From Spirochaetia bacterium (GTDB lineage: Bacteria; Spirochaetota; Spirochaetia; SZUA-6; Bin103), in the NCBI GenBank assembly GCA_965208575.1, contig CBDBOV010000004.1, positions 864,001 to 928,000 on the forward strand: DNA of 64,000 bases. The letters run 5' to 3'. A program made the translations under genes and the position numbers. Below the pieces are notes generated by a model, which did no database searches, was not told where the DNA came from, and was given only the letters and a program-made list of their open reading frames with translations. Below are positions 1-12,155 of the stretch, piece after piece (position 1 is the first letter of the stretch; each line of letters begins with the position of its first letter).

Positions 1-1
1 G

Positions 2-913
2 TGCTCGGATGCCGCCTATCACGGCACCAGCGAGGCGGTCGGCAAGCTCACGCACGTGCGCCGGCGCAGTGCCGAGCGGGGCGCCGAGGTACGCGGCTTT
101 CCGTTCCCGCAGACCTATCGACCGCTCGCCGGCGGACCGGCCGGCGAGCCGATCGAAGAACTCCGGGATCGCTACCTCGATCGCCTGCAGGCGGCCATCG
201 ACGACCTCACCAACGACGGCGTGGGGTTTGCCGCACTCCTCGTGTGTCCGATCTTCGCCAACGAGGGGCTGCCCACGGTGCCCGCCGGCTTCCTGCCGCG
301 GGCCGCGGCGATCGCGCGCGCGGCGGGGGGAGTCGTGGTCTCCGACGAGGTCCAGGCAGGCTATTGCCGCACCGGTCGTTGGTGGGGCTACGAGGTTGCC
401 GGATTCGAGCCCGACATCGTGGTGACCGGCAAGCCGATGGGGGCCGGGCTTCCGCTCGCGGCAACGACCGCGAGCCGCGAACTCGTGGAGACGTTTCGAA
501 GGACCGGCTACTTCAACACGTTCGCGTCGAGCCCGCTGCAGGGCGCCGTCGGCAAGGCGGTCATCGACATCATCGAAGACGAGGGGCTTCGGCACCACGT
601 CGCGACCGTCGGCGCGCGCCTGATCGAGGGGCTCCGGGAACTACAGCCCCACTACCCTGCCATGGGCGACGTGCGCGGCCACGGCCTGTTCGTCGGGGTC
701 GACCTGGTCGCGGATCCGGCGACCAAGGCGCCCGATCGGGAAGGTGCCGCCAATGTCGTCAACGCGCTCAAGGACAAGGGCTTCCTGACCGCGAGCAGCG
801 GCGTGCACAACAACGTGGTCAAGATGCGTCCGCCGCTGGTCCTCGGCGCCGCCGATGCCGATGCGTTCCTGGCAGCCTTCCGAGAGACGATGGCCGATCT
901 CTCCGGTGGATAG
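2..913 (+). CDS. Class III PLP-dependent aminotransferase (5'-truncated by window edge)
   Basis: Frame open from base 2 (CSDAAYHG...). Motifs SDEVQAGYCRTG, PDIVVTGKPMG (PLP lysine), YFNTF, DVRGHGLFVG. Confidence 0.9.
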   Translation, partial: CSDAAYHGTSEAVGKLTHVRRRSAERGAEVRGFPFPQTYRPLAGGPAGEPIEELRDRYLDRLQAAIDDLTNDGVGFAALLVCPIFANEGLPTVPAGFLPRAAAIARAAGGVVVSDEVQAGYCRTGRWWGYEVAGFEPDIVVTGKPMGAGLPLAATTASRELVETFRRTGYFNTFASSPLQGAVGKAVIDIIEDEGLRHHVATVGARLIEGLRELQPHYPAMGDVRGHGLFVGVDLVADPATKAPDREGAANVVNALKDKGFLTASSGVHNNVVKMRPPLVLGAADADAFLAAFRETMADLSGG

Positions 914-1910
914 AGCAGCGATCGAAGAGCGCTACGGCGGAGCGGCTCGATCGGCGATGGACGCGTTCGGGCTCGCCGGCGGTGCGCTGTCGCTGGTCGC
1001 TGTGTCCGAGAACGTCACGTTCCGCGTCGACGCGCCCGATGGAGACGCGTACGTGCTCCGCCTGCACCGGCCCGGCTATCACACGCTCGCCGAGCTGGTC
1101 TCGGAGCGCACATGGACCGCTGCCCTCGCGGGCGCGGGGATGGCAGTTCCCCGTGGCGTCACGACGAACGGCGGACGCCACTACGTCGAGGTGGTCGCCG
1201 CCGACGGCGAACGACGCTACGCCGGGGTAACGCGCTGGATCGAAGGCACGCCGCTCGGCCGGGTGCTGCGCGCTGCCGAGGCGGACGAGTACCTGCCGCA
1301 TTTCGATGCCATCGGTGCCATTGCGGCGACGGTCCACAATCAGTCGAGCGGGTGGGCGGCGCCCGCGGGGTTTACCCGGCACGCGTTCGACGTCGACGGC
1401 TTGTTCGGCGAGACGCCGTTCTGGGGTCGATTCTGGGATTCGCCGCTGCTGTCGCCGGCGGAGCGCCGGCTGGTCGTGCGCACCCGCGACGCGATCGGCG
1501 CCGCGCTCGCCCGCTACGGCGCCGACGCGCGCACCTACAGCCTCATCCACTCCGACCTGCACTTCGGCAACGTCCTGGTCGACGGCGACCGGCTCGCGGT
1601 GATCGACTTCGACGACTGCGGCTTCGGCTGGCACCAGTACGAACTCGCCGTGGTGCTCACCGGGCATCCGGCCGAGCGCTTCGACGCGCACTTCGAGTCG
1701 CTGCTGCGTGGCTACCGGCGGGTGCGAGCCTTCCCGGACCAGGATGCGGCATTGGTGCCGATGTTTGTCGTGGCGCGCGCGCTCGCACAGTTGGGATGGA
1801 TCGAGCAGCGGCCGGAGCATCACCGCCCGGGCGTGGTGCAGGCGCACAAGGACCGAGCGTGCACCCTGTGCGCGAGCCTCGACACGCGCGAGTTGACCGT
1901 TACGCCGTAG
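906..1910 (+). CDS. APH/homoserine-kinase-type-II-like phosphotransferase
   Basis: SENVTFRV, YVLRLHR, Brenner motif IHSDLHFGNVL, VIDFDDCGFGW. GTG at 906 overlaps the upstream stop; start is inferred. Confidence 0.85.
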   Translation: MDRAAIEERYGGAARSAMDAFGLAGGALSLVAVSENVTFRVDAPDGDAYVLRLHRPGYHTLAELVSERTWTAALAGAGMAVPRGVTTNGGRHYVEVVAADGERRYAGVTRWIEGTPLGRVLRAAEADEYLPHFDAIGAIAATVHNQSSGWAAPAGFTRHAFDVDGLFGETPFWGRFWDSPLLSPAERRLVVRTRDAIGAALARYGADARTYSLIHSDLHFGNVLVDGDRLAVIDFDDCGFGWHQYELAVVLTGHPAERFDAHFESLLRGYRRVRAFPDQDAALVPMFVVARALAQLGWIEQRPEHHRPGVVQAHKDRACTLCASLDTRELTVTP

Positions 1911-1988
1911 GGCCCTGATCGCCGTCTTCATCGCTTCAGTACCGAGTATAACTGGCACCGCCAGTTGGGTCTGGGCAGTGGTTACACG

Positions 1989-2135
1989 CCATGGCTGGCT
2001 CTGTGGCCTGGTCTTTGCCTGACGATTACCGGTTACAGTCTCAACATGTTCGGCGATGCCGTGCGGGATCTGCTCGACCCGCGGCTCAGGGGTGGTGGGG
2101 GTCGTCTCGGTGCCGCCAGCGCCAAGTCGGCTTAG
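1989..2135 (+). pseudogene. C-terminal remnant of a DppC/OppC-type ABC permease
   Basis: Translates to PWLALWPGLCLTITGYSLNMFGDAVRDLLDPRLRG...*, matching the typical DppC C-terminus (N..GD..RD.LDPR). No N-terminal part is present. Confidence 0.7.
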
Positions 2136-2222
2136 AGGGGCTTGCAGGAGCCATCGGCGTCGTCCGGCGGCAATCAAGCGCCTGCCACCATCACCATCAT
2201 GCGCTGCAACCTGCCAACATCG

Positions 2223-3128
2223 CTACCTCCGTTTTGGTGTGACCCCGGCGGCAGCGTGGGTCGCAAGCCAGCGGGCGACGGCATCGTCGTCATTGGCAGG
2301 GATGGTGGTGGTGGCGTGGCGCTTCAGGGCCGCGGTGGCGTTGGCGACGGCGAGGGCGGTGTCGGCGGCCTGGAACAGACCGATGTCGTTGTCGCCGTCT
2401 CCGAACACCACGAGCCGGCAGCCGTGCAGGTCGGGGCGCCGGCGAATCAGTGCGGCGACACCGCGCTCCTTGCTGGCGGCGGCGGCATGGACGGTCAGCC
2501 AGTACCAGCCCGGCGAGTAGGTGTTCTCGAAGCAGTAGGTGCGGACGGCGTCGGAGTGGCGCTGGTGGATTTCTTCCCGTAGCGCGTCCAGCGGTTCCTG
2601 GAGGCCGATAACGGTGAAGCAGACCACCTGTTCGCGCAGGCCGTCGCGCAGGTTGGCCAGGCGGCGCAGACGCGGGTCGCCGAGCGACTCGCGGTCGTCC
2701 AGGTACCACTGCATACCGGCATTGATCACGGTGTCGTAGTAGAGCCGGTCGGCGCGCCCATCCCAGGTCGAGACGAACGGCACGTGGCCGCTGCGCTGCA
2801 CCAGGGTCCACAGATCCCCCAGCAGCGCCGGGGCCACGGCGTGTACGACGTGGTGGTGGCCGGTCGCGAGGTCGGATACGAACGATCCATTGAAGTCGAC
2901 CACCGGCAGGGTCAGATGCAGGCCGGCCAGGAGGTGGCGCAGCGAGGAGCAACTGCGCGCGCTGGCGACGGTGAATTGCAGCCCCGCCGCCAGCAGGTTG
3001 TTCAGGGTGTCGCGGCTGTAGCGCGACAACGTGCCGTCACTGCCGAGCAGCGTGTGGTCGACGTCCGACACGTAGAGGATTCGTGCGGCGCGGTCGGCAT
3101 CGGGTGACGGCTGCGCTGGGCGGGTCAC
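2223..3128 (-). CDS. Cof-type HAD-IIB hydrolase
   Basis: SDVDHTLL (motif I), TVASAR, SKERGV, VFGDGDNDIGLF (motif IV). Start uncertain; the ORF is open to 3182. Confidence 0.88.
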   Translation of the reverse strand: MTRPAQPSPDADRAARILYVSDVDHTLLGSDGTLSRYSRDTLNNLLAAGLQFTVASARSCSSLRHLLAGLHLTLPVVDFNGSFVSDLATGHHHVVHAVAPALLGDLWTLVQRSGHVPFVSTWDGRADRLYYDTVINAGMQWYLDDRESLGDPRLRRLANLRDGLREQVVCFTVIGLQEPLDALREEIHQRHSDAVRTYCFENTYSPGWYWLTVHAAAASKERGVAALIRRRPDLHGCRLVVFGDGDNDIGLFQAADTALAVANATAALKRHATTTIPANDDDAVARWLATHAAAGVTPKRR

Positions 3129-3367
3129 GACCGAGTGCTCACCTTGGCGCTCCACGTGCCACCCGATGCGGGCCTGCGGCACTCGCGGACGGTCGGGTCA
3201 CTCGGGGTCGTGACAATCCCGGGCTGTATGCCACGGGCCGTCGAGGCGTGGGGTCGTCGGGGCGATGAAGGCCTGCCATGCCGTCGTCGGCGCTTCGGCA
3301 GCGCCGCTTCGCGTGTCCCGAGCGCTCCACGGCGGCGCGTGTCTGCTGCTCTGCCGCCACATCGGTC

Positions 3368-4102
3368 TCAGGCCGCCGGCAGTAGCTCGGCGATGGCGTG
3401 CACGATGCGGTGAGGCTTGGCGGCGGGTGCTTCGGGGAGCCCGTCATGGCGGCTGTCCACCCACACCGTGTGCAGGCCGGCGGCGTGCCCGCCGGCGATG
3501 TCCTTGGCCAGGTCGTCGCCCACCATCCACGCCTCGTACGGCTGCCGGCCGACCGCGGCCAGGGCGTGGCGGAATACGGCCGGATCCGGCTTGCCGATGC
3601 CGAACTCGCCCTCCACCACCACCACGTCGAAGTAGGGCACCAAGCCCACCCGCTCGATCTTGCCGCGCTGGCTGGGCGCTTCGCCGTTGGTGACCAGCGC
3701 CAGCGCCACGCCGCGGCGGCGCAGCTCGACCAGCGTCTCCAGGGCGCCGGGGAACGGCTGCAGCCGGTTGATCCGCTCCTGCACCACGAACGGGCCGGCC
3801 CAGGCGGCGGCGCCGTCATCGCGCCAGCCCAGCTCGTCCAGCGCGCGGCGTGCGATGCGGGTGCGGGCGCCGGCCTGGTTGAGACGACCCCAGTCGGCGC
3901 GCTCCTGGTCCTGCCAATACCAGCGGTCGGCGGCGAAGAATGCCACGGACGCCTGCTCCCGGTCCCACCCGCGCTCCCCCGCCAACCTGCTCGCGGCTTC
4001 GTGCCATGCGCCGCGGGACGCGCGGTAGGTGTCGACCACGGTATCGTCCATGTCGAACAGAATGGCCGCCGGAAGGGCGCTGCCGGGCATGCGATGGTCC
4101 AC
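3368..4102 (-). CDS. HAD-IA family hydrolase
   Basis: ILFDMDDTV, LVTNG, GKPDP, WMVGDDLAKDIAGG. Confidence 0.9.
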   Translation of the reverse strand: MDHRMPGSALPAAILFDMDDTVVDTYRASRGAWHEAASRLAGERGWDREQASVAFFAADRWYWQDQERADWGRLNQAGARTRIARRALDELGWRDDGAAAWAGPFVVQERINRLQPFPGALETLVELRRRGVALALVTNGEAPSQRGKIERVGLVPYFDVVVVEGEFGIGKPDPAVFRHALAAVGRQPYEAWMVGDDLAKDIAGGHAAGLHTVWVDSRHDGLPEAPAAKPHRIVHAIAELLPAA

Positions 4103-4296
4103 GCCGGGAAGGTACGAACACGGTCACCGGCGGATCAACGTTCCGGCCATTGCTCCCCAGGAGTCGCTGCCGGAGCAAACACGGCGAGAATCCGCCCCGG
4201 CATTGGCCACGATTATGAAAAAATCACCCTTACAGGAGAACTATTTACGATAAATAGACGTAATGTCCTAGTATAGTTGATGGTGGAGGTGTTGCG

Positions 4297-6039
4297 ATGC
4301 GGACACTCGAGAAGCCGGGGACCGTGGCCTTGCGCCCACGAATACTGGGCTTGCCGATGATCGTTGCCGTCCTGCTGGGAGCGTGCAGCGCGGTGGGACC
4401 GACGTCGACGGAAGCACCGGAATCCGAAGCGCCGGCAGCGCCGGCAGTGTCCCCGGGAGCGCGAGGTCAGACCAGCGTGACGGTCGCGTGGACGGCACCC
4501 GCGGCGGAACTGACCATCACCGGCTACGAGCTGCGGTGGCGGGGCGGCGCCGACACGGCGTGGACCAACGTTCCCGGCCTCGCGAGCACCGAGACCAGCT
4601 ACACGATCACGGGCTTGCAGCCGCGCACCACCTACGAGGTTGGGGTACGCGCGCTGGCCGCGACGACCGTCGGCGCCTGGTCGGAGCCGATCACGGTATC
4701 GACCACGGCGACGCCGGCGTCGGCGCCCCCGGACGGACCCAGGATTTCCGAACCGACGGCGGACTCGAACAGCATCACGGTGACGTGGACGGCACCGGCC
4801 GCCGACGAAACGATCACCGGCTACGAGTTGAACTGGCGGAGCAGCACGGACGTGGACTGGACCGTGGTGCCCGGCATCTCCAGCACCGCGGCCAGCTACA
4901 CCATCCGGGGCCTGCAACCGCGGACCACCTACGACGTGCGCGTGCGCGCCCGGTTCGCGACGACCGACGGCGCCTGGTCGGAGCCGATCACGGTATCGAC
5001 CACGGCACCGCCGGCGCCGGCGCCGGCGCCGGCCAGACCCAGACTCTCCCTGAAAACGGTAAGCCATGACCGGGTGACGGTAGAATGGGTGGCGCCGGCC
5101 ACCCACAAGTCGATCACCAGCTACGAGCTGCAAGTGCGCGGCGGCGCTTTCTCGAAATGGACACCGGTCACCGGTTTTGCGAGCACCAGTACCACCGGCA
5201 CAATCGAGGGCCTGCAACCGGAGACCATCTACCGGGCACGGGTGCGCGCCATGTTCGGCAGCGTCGCGGGCTCGTGGTCCGCGACCCTGACGTTCACGAC
5301 CGCCCGTATACCGATGGTTCACTTTTCCTGTGGGTGTCAGACCTGTCAGTGTCGGTGTCAGCAAACCATATCGGAGGGTGCCGCCGCCGCCGAAAAAGGC
5401 TTTCATGCGCATCTTGCGGCGGCCTTACACTTTACCGCGGAAACCTTCCCCATGACGATCCGATACGAGGTCGATGAAACCGGCGACGTGCTGGAGTCAA
5501 TATCAAAGGGTGAATTCGAGACACCTTCCGTGGGCGTGACTCCCCGCGGCCACTCTTACCACTACCCGCGCATTCGTTTGCCGATCGTCGCCGACGGCGT
5601 CGACGAACCGGACAGCACCATCACCGTCCAGATCCTCGAGGACCCCCGCTACCGCGTTGCTTGCCCGTCTACGTCCACGATCAAAATTACCGACGACGAT
5701 GACCCGCCGAGCGTCGAAGTGGACGACGTGGCGGTGACGGAGGGCGACAGCGGGACGGTGAACGCGACGTTCACGGTGAGCCTGAGCGTGGAGAGCGGTT
5801 GGACGGTGACGGTGGACTGGGCGACCTCCGGCGGGACGGCGACGGCAGGGTCCGACTACACGGCCGGGAGCGGGACGCTGACCTTCGCGGCGGGCACGAC
5901 CGAGCGAACCTTCGATGTGGCGGTGACCGGAGACACGGCGGACGAGTCGGACGAGACGTACACGGTGACGCTGAGCAACGCAAGCAACGCGAGCATCCCG
6001 GACGCGACCGGGACAGGGACGATCACCGACGACGATTGA
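4297..6039 (+). CDS. Putative lipoprotein with three fibronectin type III domains and C-terminal Calx-beta-like domains
   Basis: Lipobox-like LLGAC. Three W..P....ITGYEL.W...YTI.GLQP.T.Y.V.VRA units. Calx-beta pattern V.EGD...F.V.LS...TVDWAT..GTATAGSDY...GTLTF.AG.T...DE.DE. Confidence 0.85.
   Translation: MRTLEKPGTVALRPRILGLPMIVAVLLGACSAVGPTSTEAPESEAPAAPAVSPGARGQTSVTVAWTAPAAELTITGYELRWRGGADTAWTNVPGLASTETSYTITGLQPRTTYEVGVRALAATTVGAWSEPITVSTTATPASAPPDGPRISEPTADSNSITVTWTAPAADETITGYELNWRSSTDVDWTVVPGISSTAASYTIRGLQPRTTYDVRVRARFATTDGAWSEPITVSTTAPPAPAPAPARPRLSLKTVSHDRVTVEWVAPATHKSITSYELQVRGGAFSKWTPVTGFASTSTTGTIEGLQPETIYRARVRAMFGSVAGSWSATLTFTTARIPMVHFSCGCQTCQCRCQQTISEGAAAAEKGFHAHLAAALHFTAETFPMTIRYEVDETGDVLESISKGEFETPSVGVTPRGHSYHYPRIRLPIVADGVDEPDSTITVQILEDPRYRVACPSTSTIKITDDDDPPSVEVDDVAVTEGDSGTVNATFTVSLSVESGWTVTVDWATSGGTATAGSDYTAGSGTLTFAAGTTERTFDVAVTGDTADESDETYTVTLSNASNASIPDATGTGTITDDD
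4465..5006 (+). repeat. Tandem 297-bp FN3-coding duplication
   Basis: cggcgcctggtcggagccgatcacggtatcgaccacggc occurs at 4671 and 4968 (offset 297 bp = 99 codons). Confidence 0.85.
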
Positions 6040-6250
6040 CCTTCCACGGGTGCGGCGCAGCAGGTCTGCAAGACGATCGCCGCCCGAGCGTCGGTACAAG
6101 CCGGCAAGTCGAACTCCGGGCAGCACCGATCCCGCGCCATTGCACCCGAATCGGCCGCGACGCGCTCGAACATTGCGTTGCCGACGTCCAGGCGGCCGGG
6201 GCGCAACGTACAGCCTCTTCGGCTCGCGGGCCGGCCGGCATGCGGCGCGG

Positions 6251-6279
6251 TTGAAAATTCTAGACATTCGGTGGACAAT
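6251..6279 (+). promoter_or_regulatory. Putative sigma70 promoter of the CBS-korAB-CBS operon
   Basis: TTGAAA (6251-6256), 17 bp, GACAAT (6274-6279), in an AT-rich patch. Confidence 0.55.
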
Positions 6280-6300
6280 ATGAGCAGGGGTCAGCCGAAC

Positions 6301-6764
6301 ATGCCGATCTACCGCGAACTCGCCCAACAGCCGTTGCGCTCGATAGCGCTGGAACCGCCGCTGTCGGTGACCGCCGACACCAGCCTGCAGGCGGTAGTGG
6401 ACACCATGTGCAGTTCCGATACTGATTATGTGCTAGTAACGAAAGAGGAAGCGTTGGCCGGCATCTTTACCGAGCACGACCTGCTGACCAGAGCGACGGA
6501 CCCGGACGGGCTTCCGGACGCGCCGGTGGCCGACTTCATGTCCACCGATCCGACCGTACTCGATGCCTCCCGGCCGATCAGCGACGCGCTCGACGCGATG
6601 GCGAAGGGGCACTACCGCCACGTGCCGATCTCCGACGGGGAGCGCGGCTGCGTCGGCGTGCTGACCAGTTACAACGTGCTGCACTTCCTGGCCGAGCTGC
6701 TGCCGGGCAGCATCCTCAACCTGCCGCCCCGGCCGCACCAGACCACCCGCGCACCGGACGGAGC

Positions 6765-6768
<4 letters not shown>
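6301..6768 (+). CDS. CBS domain protein
   Basis: Tandem CBS pair (LAGIFTEHDLL; M..GHYRHVPI..GVLT). Stop overlaps the korA start. ATG 6301 chosen because it lies downstream of the predicted promoter. Confidence 0.85.
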
Positions 6769-8610
<1,842 letters not shown>

Positions 8611-8621
<11 letters not shown>

Positions 8622-9624
8622 TACCGTAGACGCGCCTCTGACGCGCAAGGACTTCGTTTCCGACCAGGACGTGCGCTGGTGTCCGGGATGCGGTGACTAC
8701 GCGATCCTGGCGACGATGCAGCGGGTGCTGCCCACGCTCGGCGTGCCGCGCGAGAACATCGTGTTCATCAGCGGCATTGGCTGCTCGAGCCGCTTCCCCT
8801 ACTACGTCGACACCTACGGCTTCCACTCCATTCACGGACGCGCCATGACCATGGCATCCGGGCTGAAGATCACCCGCCCCGAGCTGCTGGTGTTCGTGAT
8901 CACCGGCGACGGCGACGGTCTGTCGATCGGCGGCAACCACCTGATCCACGCCCTGCGCCGCAACATGGACCTGAACATCATCCTGTTCAACAACCGCATC
9001 TACGGGCTCACCAAGGGCCAGTACTCGCCCACCAGCGAGGTGGGCAAGCGTACCGTCAGCTCGCCGTCCGGCTCCCTGGAGGTGCCGGTGAGTCCGGCGC
9101 GCATCGCCCTGGCCGCGGAGGCGAGCTTCGTGGCGCGCACCGTGGCAACCGACACCAGGCACCTGTCCACCACCCTGGAGCGCGCCGCCCACCACCGCGG
9201 CGGCTGCTTCGTGGAGGTGTACCAGAACTGCAACGTGTACAACGACGGCGCCTTCGACTACTTCGCCGAGCGCAGCATACGCGCCGAGCAGACCATCAAC
9301 CTGGAACACGGCAAGCCGCTCGCGTTCGGCAGAAACGGTGAGAAGGCGATCAAGCTCGACAAGCTGGAGCCGGTGATCTGCGACGCCGACGATCCTGACG
9401 CGCTGGTGCACGACGAGCGTGCCCCGAGCAACGTTTGGCCTTATCTTCTGGCGCACATGAGCCCATCCTTCGGCCTGCCGCTGCCGCTGGGCATACTGCG
9501 GGCCGTGGACAAACCGACCTACGAAGACGGCATGAGCGAACAGATAGACGCGGCCCGCGAACGCCTGGGCGCGGGCGACGTAGCGGCGCTGTTGCGCGCC
9601 GGCGATACCTGGACCGTTGACTAA
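8611..9624 (+). CDS. korB: 2-oxoacid:ferredoxin oxidoreductase beta subunit
   Basis: WCPGCGD, SGIGCSSR, IHGRA, TPP motif GDGD...NNRIYGLTKGQYSPT. Confidence 0.95.
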
Positions 9625-10177
9625 CGCCCCGATGCCCGCCCCGGTCGCGGCGGTGGTGTGCCCGGAGTGCGGTTTCGAGAACGCACCCGAGACGGCGGTG
9701 TGCGAAGCGTGCGAGACCAACGTGTTCCGTCCGGAACGCGGCAACGGCGGCTCGCAGTTCATCGAGCAACTCGTCTCCGACCCGGCGGCGGTGCTCGCCT
9801 CGCTGCCGCCGCAGTTCCTGGCCGCCGGTTCGACGGTCACGGAGGCGGTCGCCTCGATGAGCGCGTCGGGCGCCGGCTACGTGCTGGTGGCCGACGCCGC
9901 GCGCATACTCGGCATCTTCACCGAGCGTGACCTGCTGCGACGCGTGATCGCGGCCGGGCGCGCGCCGGCAGACACGTCGATCGAGTCGGTCATGACCCCG
10001 GACCCCGTGGTGCTGCGCCGGGACGACAGCCTGGCCACCGCCGTCAACAAGATGGTGATGGGCTCCTTCCGCCACATTCCACTGGTGGATGGCGCCGGCC
10101 TGGTGCGCGGCGTGACCTCGTCGCACGACCTGCTGCGGCACCTGCACACGCTCATGCACGAGACCGACGGCGGCTGA
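9617..10177 (+). CDS. Zinc-ribbon plus CBS-pair protein
   Basis: N-terminal CPECG.EN......CEAC. CBS motifs ILGIFTERDLL, VMTPDP, FRHIPLVD. Confidence 0.85.
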   Translation: MTNAPMPAPVAAVVCPECGFENAPETAVCEACETNVFRPERGNGGSQFIEQLVSDPAAVLASLPPQFLAAGSTVTEAVASMSASGAGYVLVADAARILGIFTERDLLRRVIAAGRAPADTSIESVMTPDPVVLRRDDSLATAVNKMVMGSFRHIPLVDGAGLVRGVTSSHDLLRHLHTLMHETDGG

Positions 10178-10209
10178 CTTGACCTATTACTGAATCGGAG
10201 GCTGCACCG

Positions 10210-12123
10210 ATGGCGCGTCCCAACGTAATCGTGGTCCTTACCGACGACCAGGGCTACGGCGACCTCTCCTACACCGGCAACCCGGTGCTGCGCACGCCGG
10301 CGCTCGACCGGCTGCAGGCGGAGAGCGTGCGCTTCACCGACTTTCACGTGTGCCCGGTGTGCACGCCGACGCGCGGCGAGCTGATGACCGGGTGCGACTC
10401 GCTGCGCAACGGCGCCACTTTCGTGTCGATGGGCCGCGCCCTGCTGCGCACCGACCTGCCCACCGCGGCGGACATCTTCGCCGCCAACGGCTACCGCACC
10501 GGCCTGTTCGGCAAGTGGCACCTGGGCGACAACTACCCCTACCGGCCGCAGGACCGCGGCTTCCAGGAGGCGGTCTGGCACCCGAGCTGGGGCATCACCT
10601 CGGCCGCCGACGTGTACGGCAACGACTACTTCGACGACACCTACCGGCACCGCGACCGGATGGAGGAGTTCCGCGGTTACTGCACCGACGTGTGGTTCGA
10701 GCAGGCCACCGCCTGGATCCGGCACTGCGCGCGCGGCGGCGACCCGTTCTTTGCCTACGTCGGCACCAACGCCCCGCACGGGCCGCTGTGGGTGCCGGAC
10801 CACTACCGCGACCCCTACCGCGGCGCGGTGGCCGACGGCCGGGTGACCGCCGACCACGCGAGCTTCTTCGCCATGATTGCCTGCATCGACGAGAACCTGG
10901 CGCGGCTGGACTGGTTCCTGCATCAGAACGGGTTGTACGACGACACCATCTTCGTGTTCATGACCGACAACGGCACCGCGAGCGGCGAGGCGGTGTACAA
11001 CGCCGGCATGCGCGGCCGGAAGTCGTCCATCTACGACGGCGGCCACCGGGTGCCGTGCCTGCTGCGCTGGCCGGGCGGCGGCATCGGCGGACTGCGCCCC
11101 GGTGATGCGGCGCCGGCGCGCGAGGCTGCCACCGGCGCTAGCGATCTCGCGGCTCGCGCGGGGGCGGCCGCCGGCGCGAGCGGCCTGATGGCCGCGTCCG
11201 GCACGACGGCGGGCGGCTCCGCGGCACCGACCGGCGCAGGCGCCACCGGCGGCACCGCGAGCTGGGCCGCAGGCGGAACGCCGCCCGCCGGGCGCGACGT
11301 GACCGACGTGACGCGCGCCACCGACCTGCTGCCGACGCTGGTCGACCTGTGCGGCTTGCGGGTCGACGACGGGGTGGCGTTCGACGGCGTGTCGCTGGCC
11401 GGCGTGGCGCGCGGCACCGCGGCGCTGCCCGACCGCATGACGGTGGTGCAGTACGGCCACCCGAACGAGGCCCCGGAGTTCGGCAGAACCGGCAAGCACG
11501 TCGCATCCGTGCTGTGGGGACGCTGGCGCCTGGTAAACGGCGGCGAGCTGTACGACATCGCCGCCGACCCGGGGCAGGAGCGCGACGTGGCGGCGGCCCA
11601 TCCCGGCGTGGCGGCGCGCATGCGCGATCACTACGAGGCGTGGTGGGCCGGCGTCGGCGGCAACCTGGACCGCTACCAGCCGCTCACCATCGGCGCCGCC
11701 GAGGAGAACCCGATGCGGCTGTGCAGCGCCGACTGGGCGTGGGCATTCGCCGACAACCAGAGCAACATCCGCGGTCCGGCGATGGACAGCGGCACCTGGC
11801 ACGTGCAGGCGGCGCGCGCCGGCACCTATGCGCTGACGCTGCGCCGCTGGCCCGAGGAGTCGGGCCTCGCCATCGCCGCCGAGGCGCCGCCGCTGGTGGG
11901 CGTGGACGGCGGCTGGCCGGCCGGCAAGGCGATCCCGGCCGCATCCGCGTGGCTGCGCGCCGGCGGCTCCGAGGCCGCCGTGCCGGTGCCGGAAGGCGCG
12001 ACCGAGGTGACCTTCCGCGTGCCGCTCGACGCCGGCGCGGCGCAGATCCGCTCCTGGTGGCTCGACGCGGCCGGCAACGAACTCGCCGGGGCATACTACC
12101 TCACCGCCGAACGGCTCACCTGA
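10210..12123 (+). CDS. Arylsulfatase (FGly-dependent)
   Basis: RPNVIVVLTDDQG, CTPTR (CxPxR), GKWHLG, TDNG, K.SIYDGGHRVP. Confidence 0.93.
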   Translation: MARPNVIVVLTDDQGYGDLSYTGNPVLRTPALDRLQAESVRFTDFHVCPVCTPTRGELMTGCDSLRNGATFVSMGRALLRTDLPTAADIFAANGYRTGLFGKWHLGDNYPYRPQDRGFQEAVWHPSWGITSAADVYGNDYFDDTYRHRDRMEEFRGYCTDVWFEQATAWIRHCARGGDPFFAYVGTNAPHGPLWVPDHYRDPYRGAVADGRVTADHASFFAMIACIDENLARLDWFLHQNGLYDDTIFVFMTDNGTASGEAVYNAGMRGRKSSIYDGGHRVPCLLRWPGGGIGGLRPGDAAPAREAATGASDLAARAGAAAGASGLMAASGTTAGGSAAPTGAGATGGTASWAAGGTPPAGRDVTDVTRATDLLPTLVDLCGLRVDDGVAFDGVSLAGVARGTAALPDRMTVVQYGHPNEAPEFGRTGKHVASVLWGRWRLVNGGELYDIAADPGQERDVAAAHPGVAARMRDHYEAWWAGVGGNLDRYQPLTIGAAEENPMRLCSADWAWAFADNQSNIRGPAMDSGTWHVQAARAGTYALTLRRWPEESGLAIAAEAPPLVGVDGGWPAGKAIPAASAWLRAGGSEAAVPVPEGATEVTFRVPLDAGAAQIRSWWLDAAGNELAGAYYLTAERLT

Positions 12124-12155
12124 ACGTCGACCTGCCGTGCCGCAGGCAGACCTCA

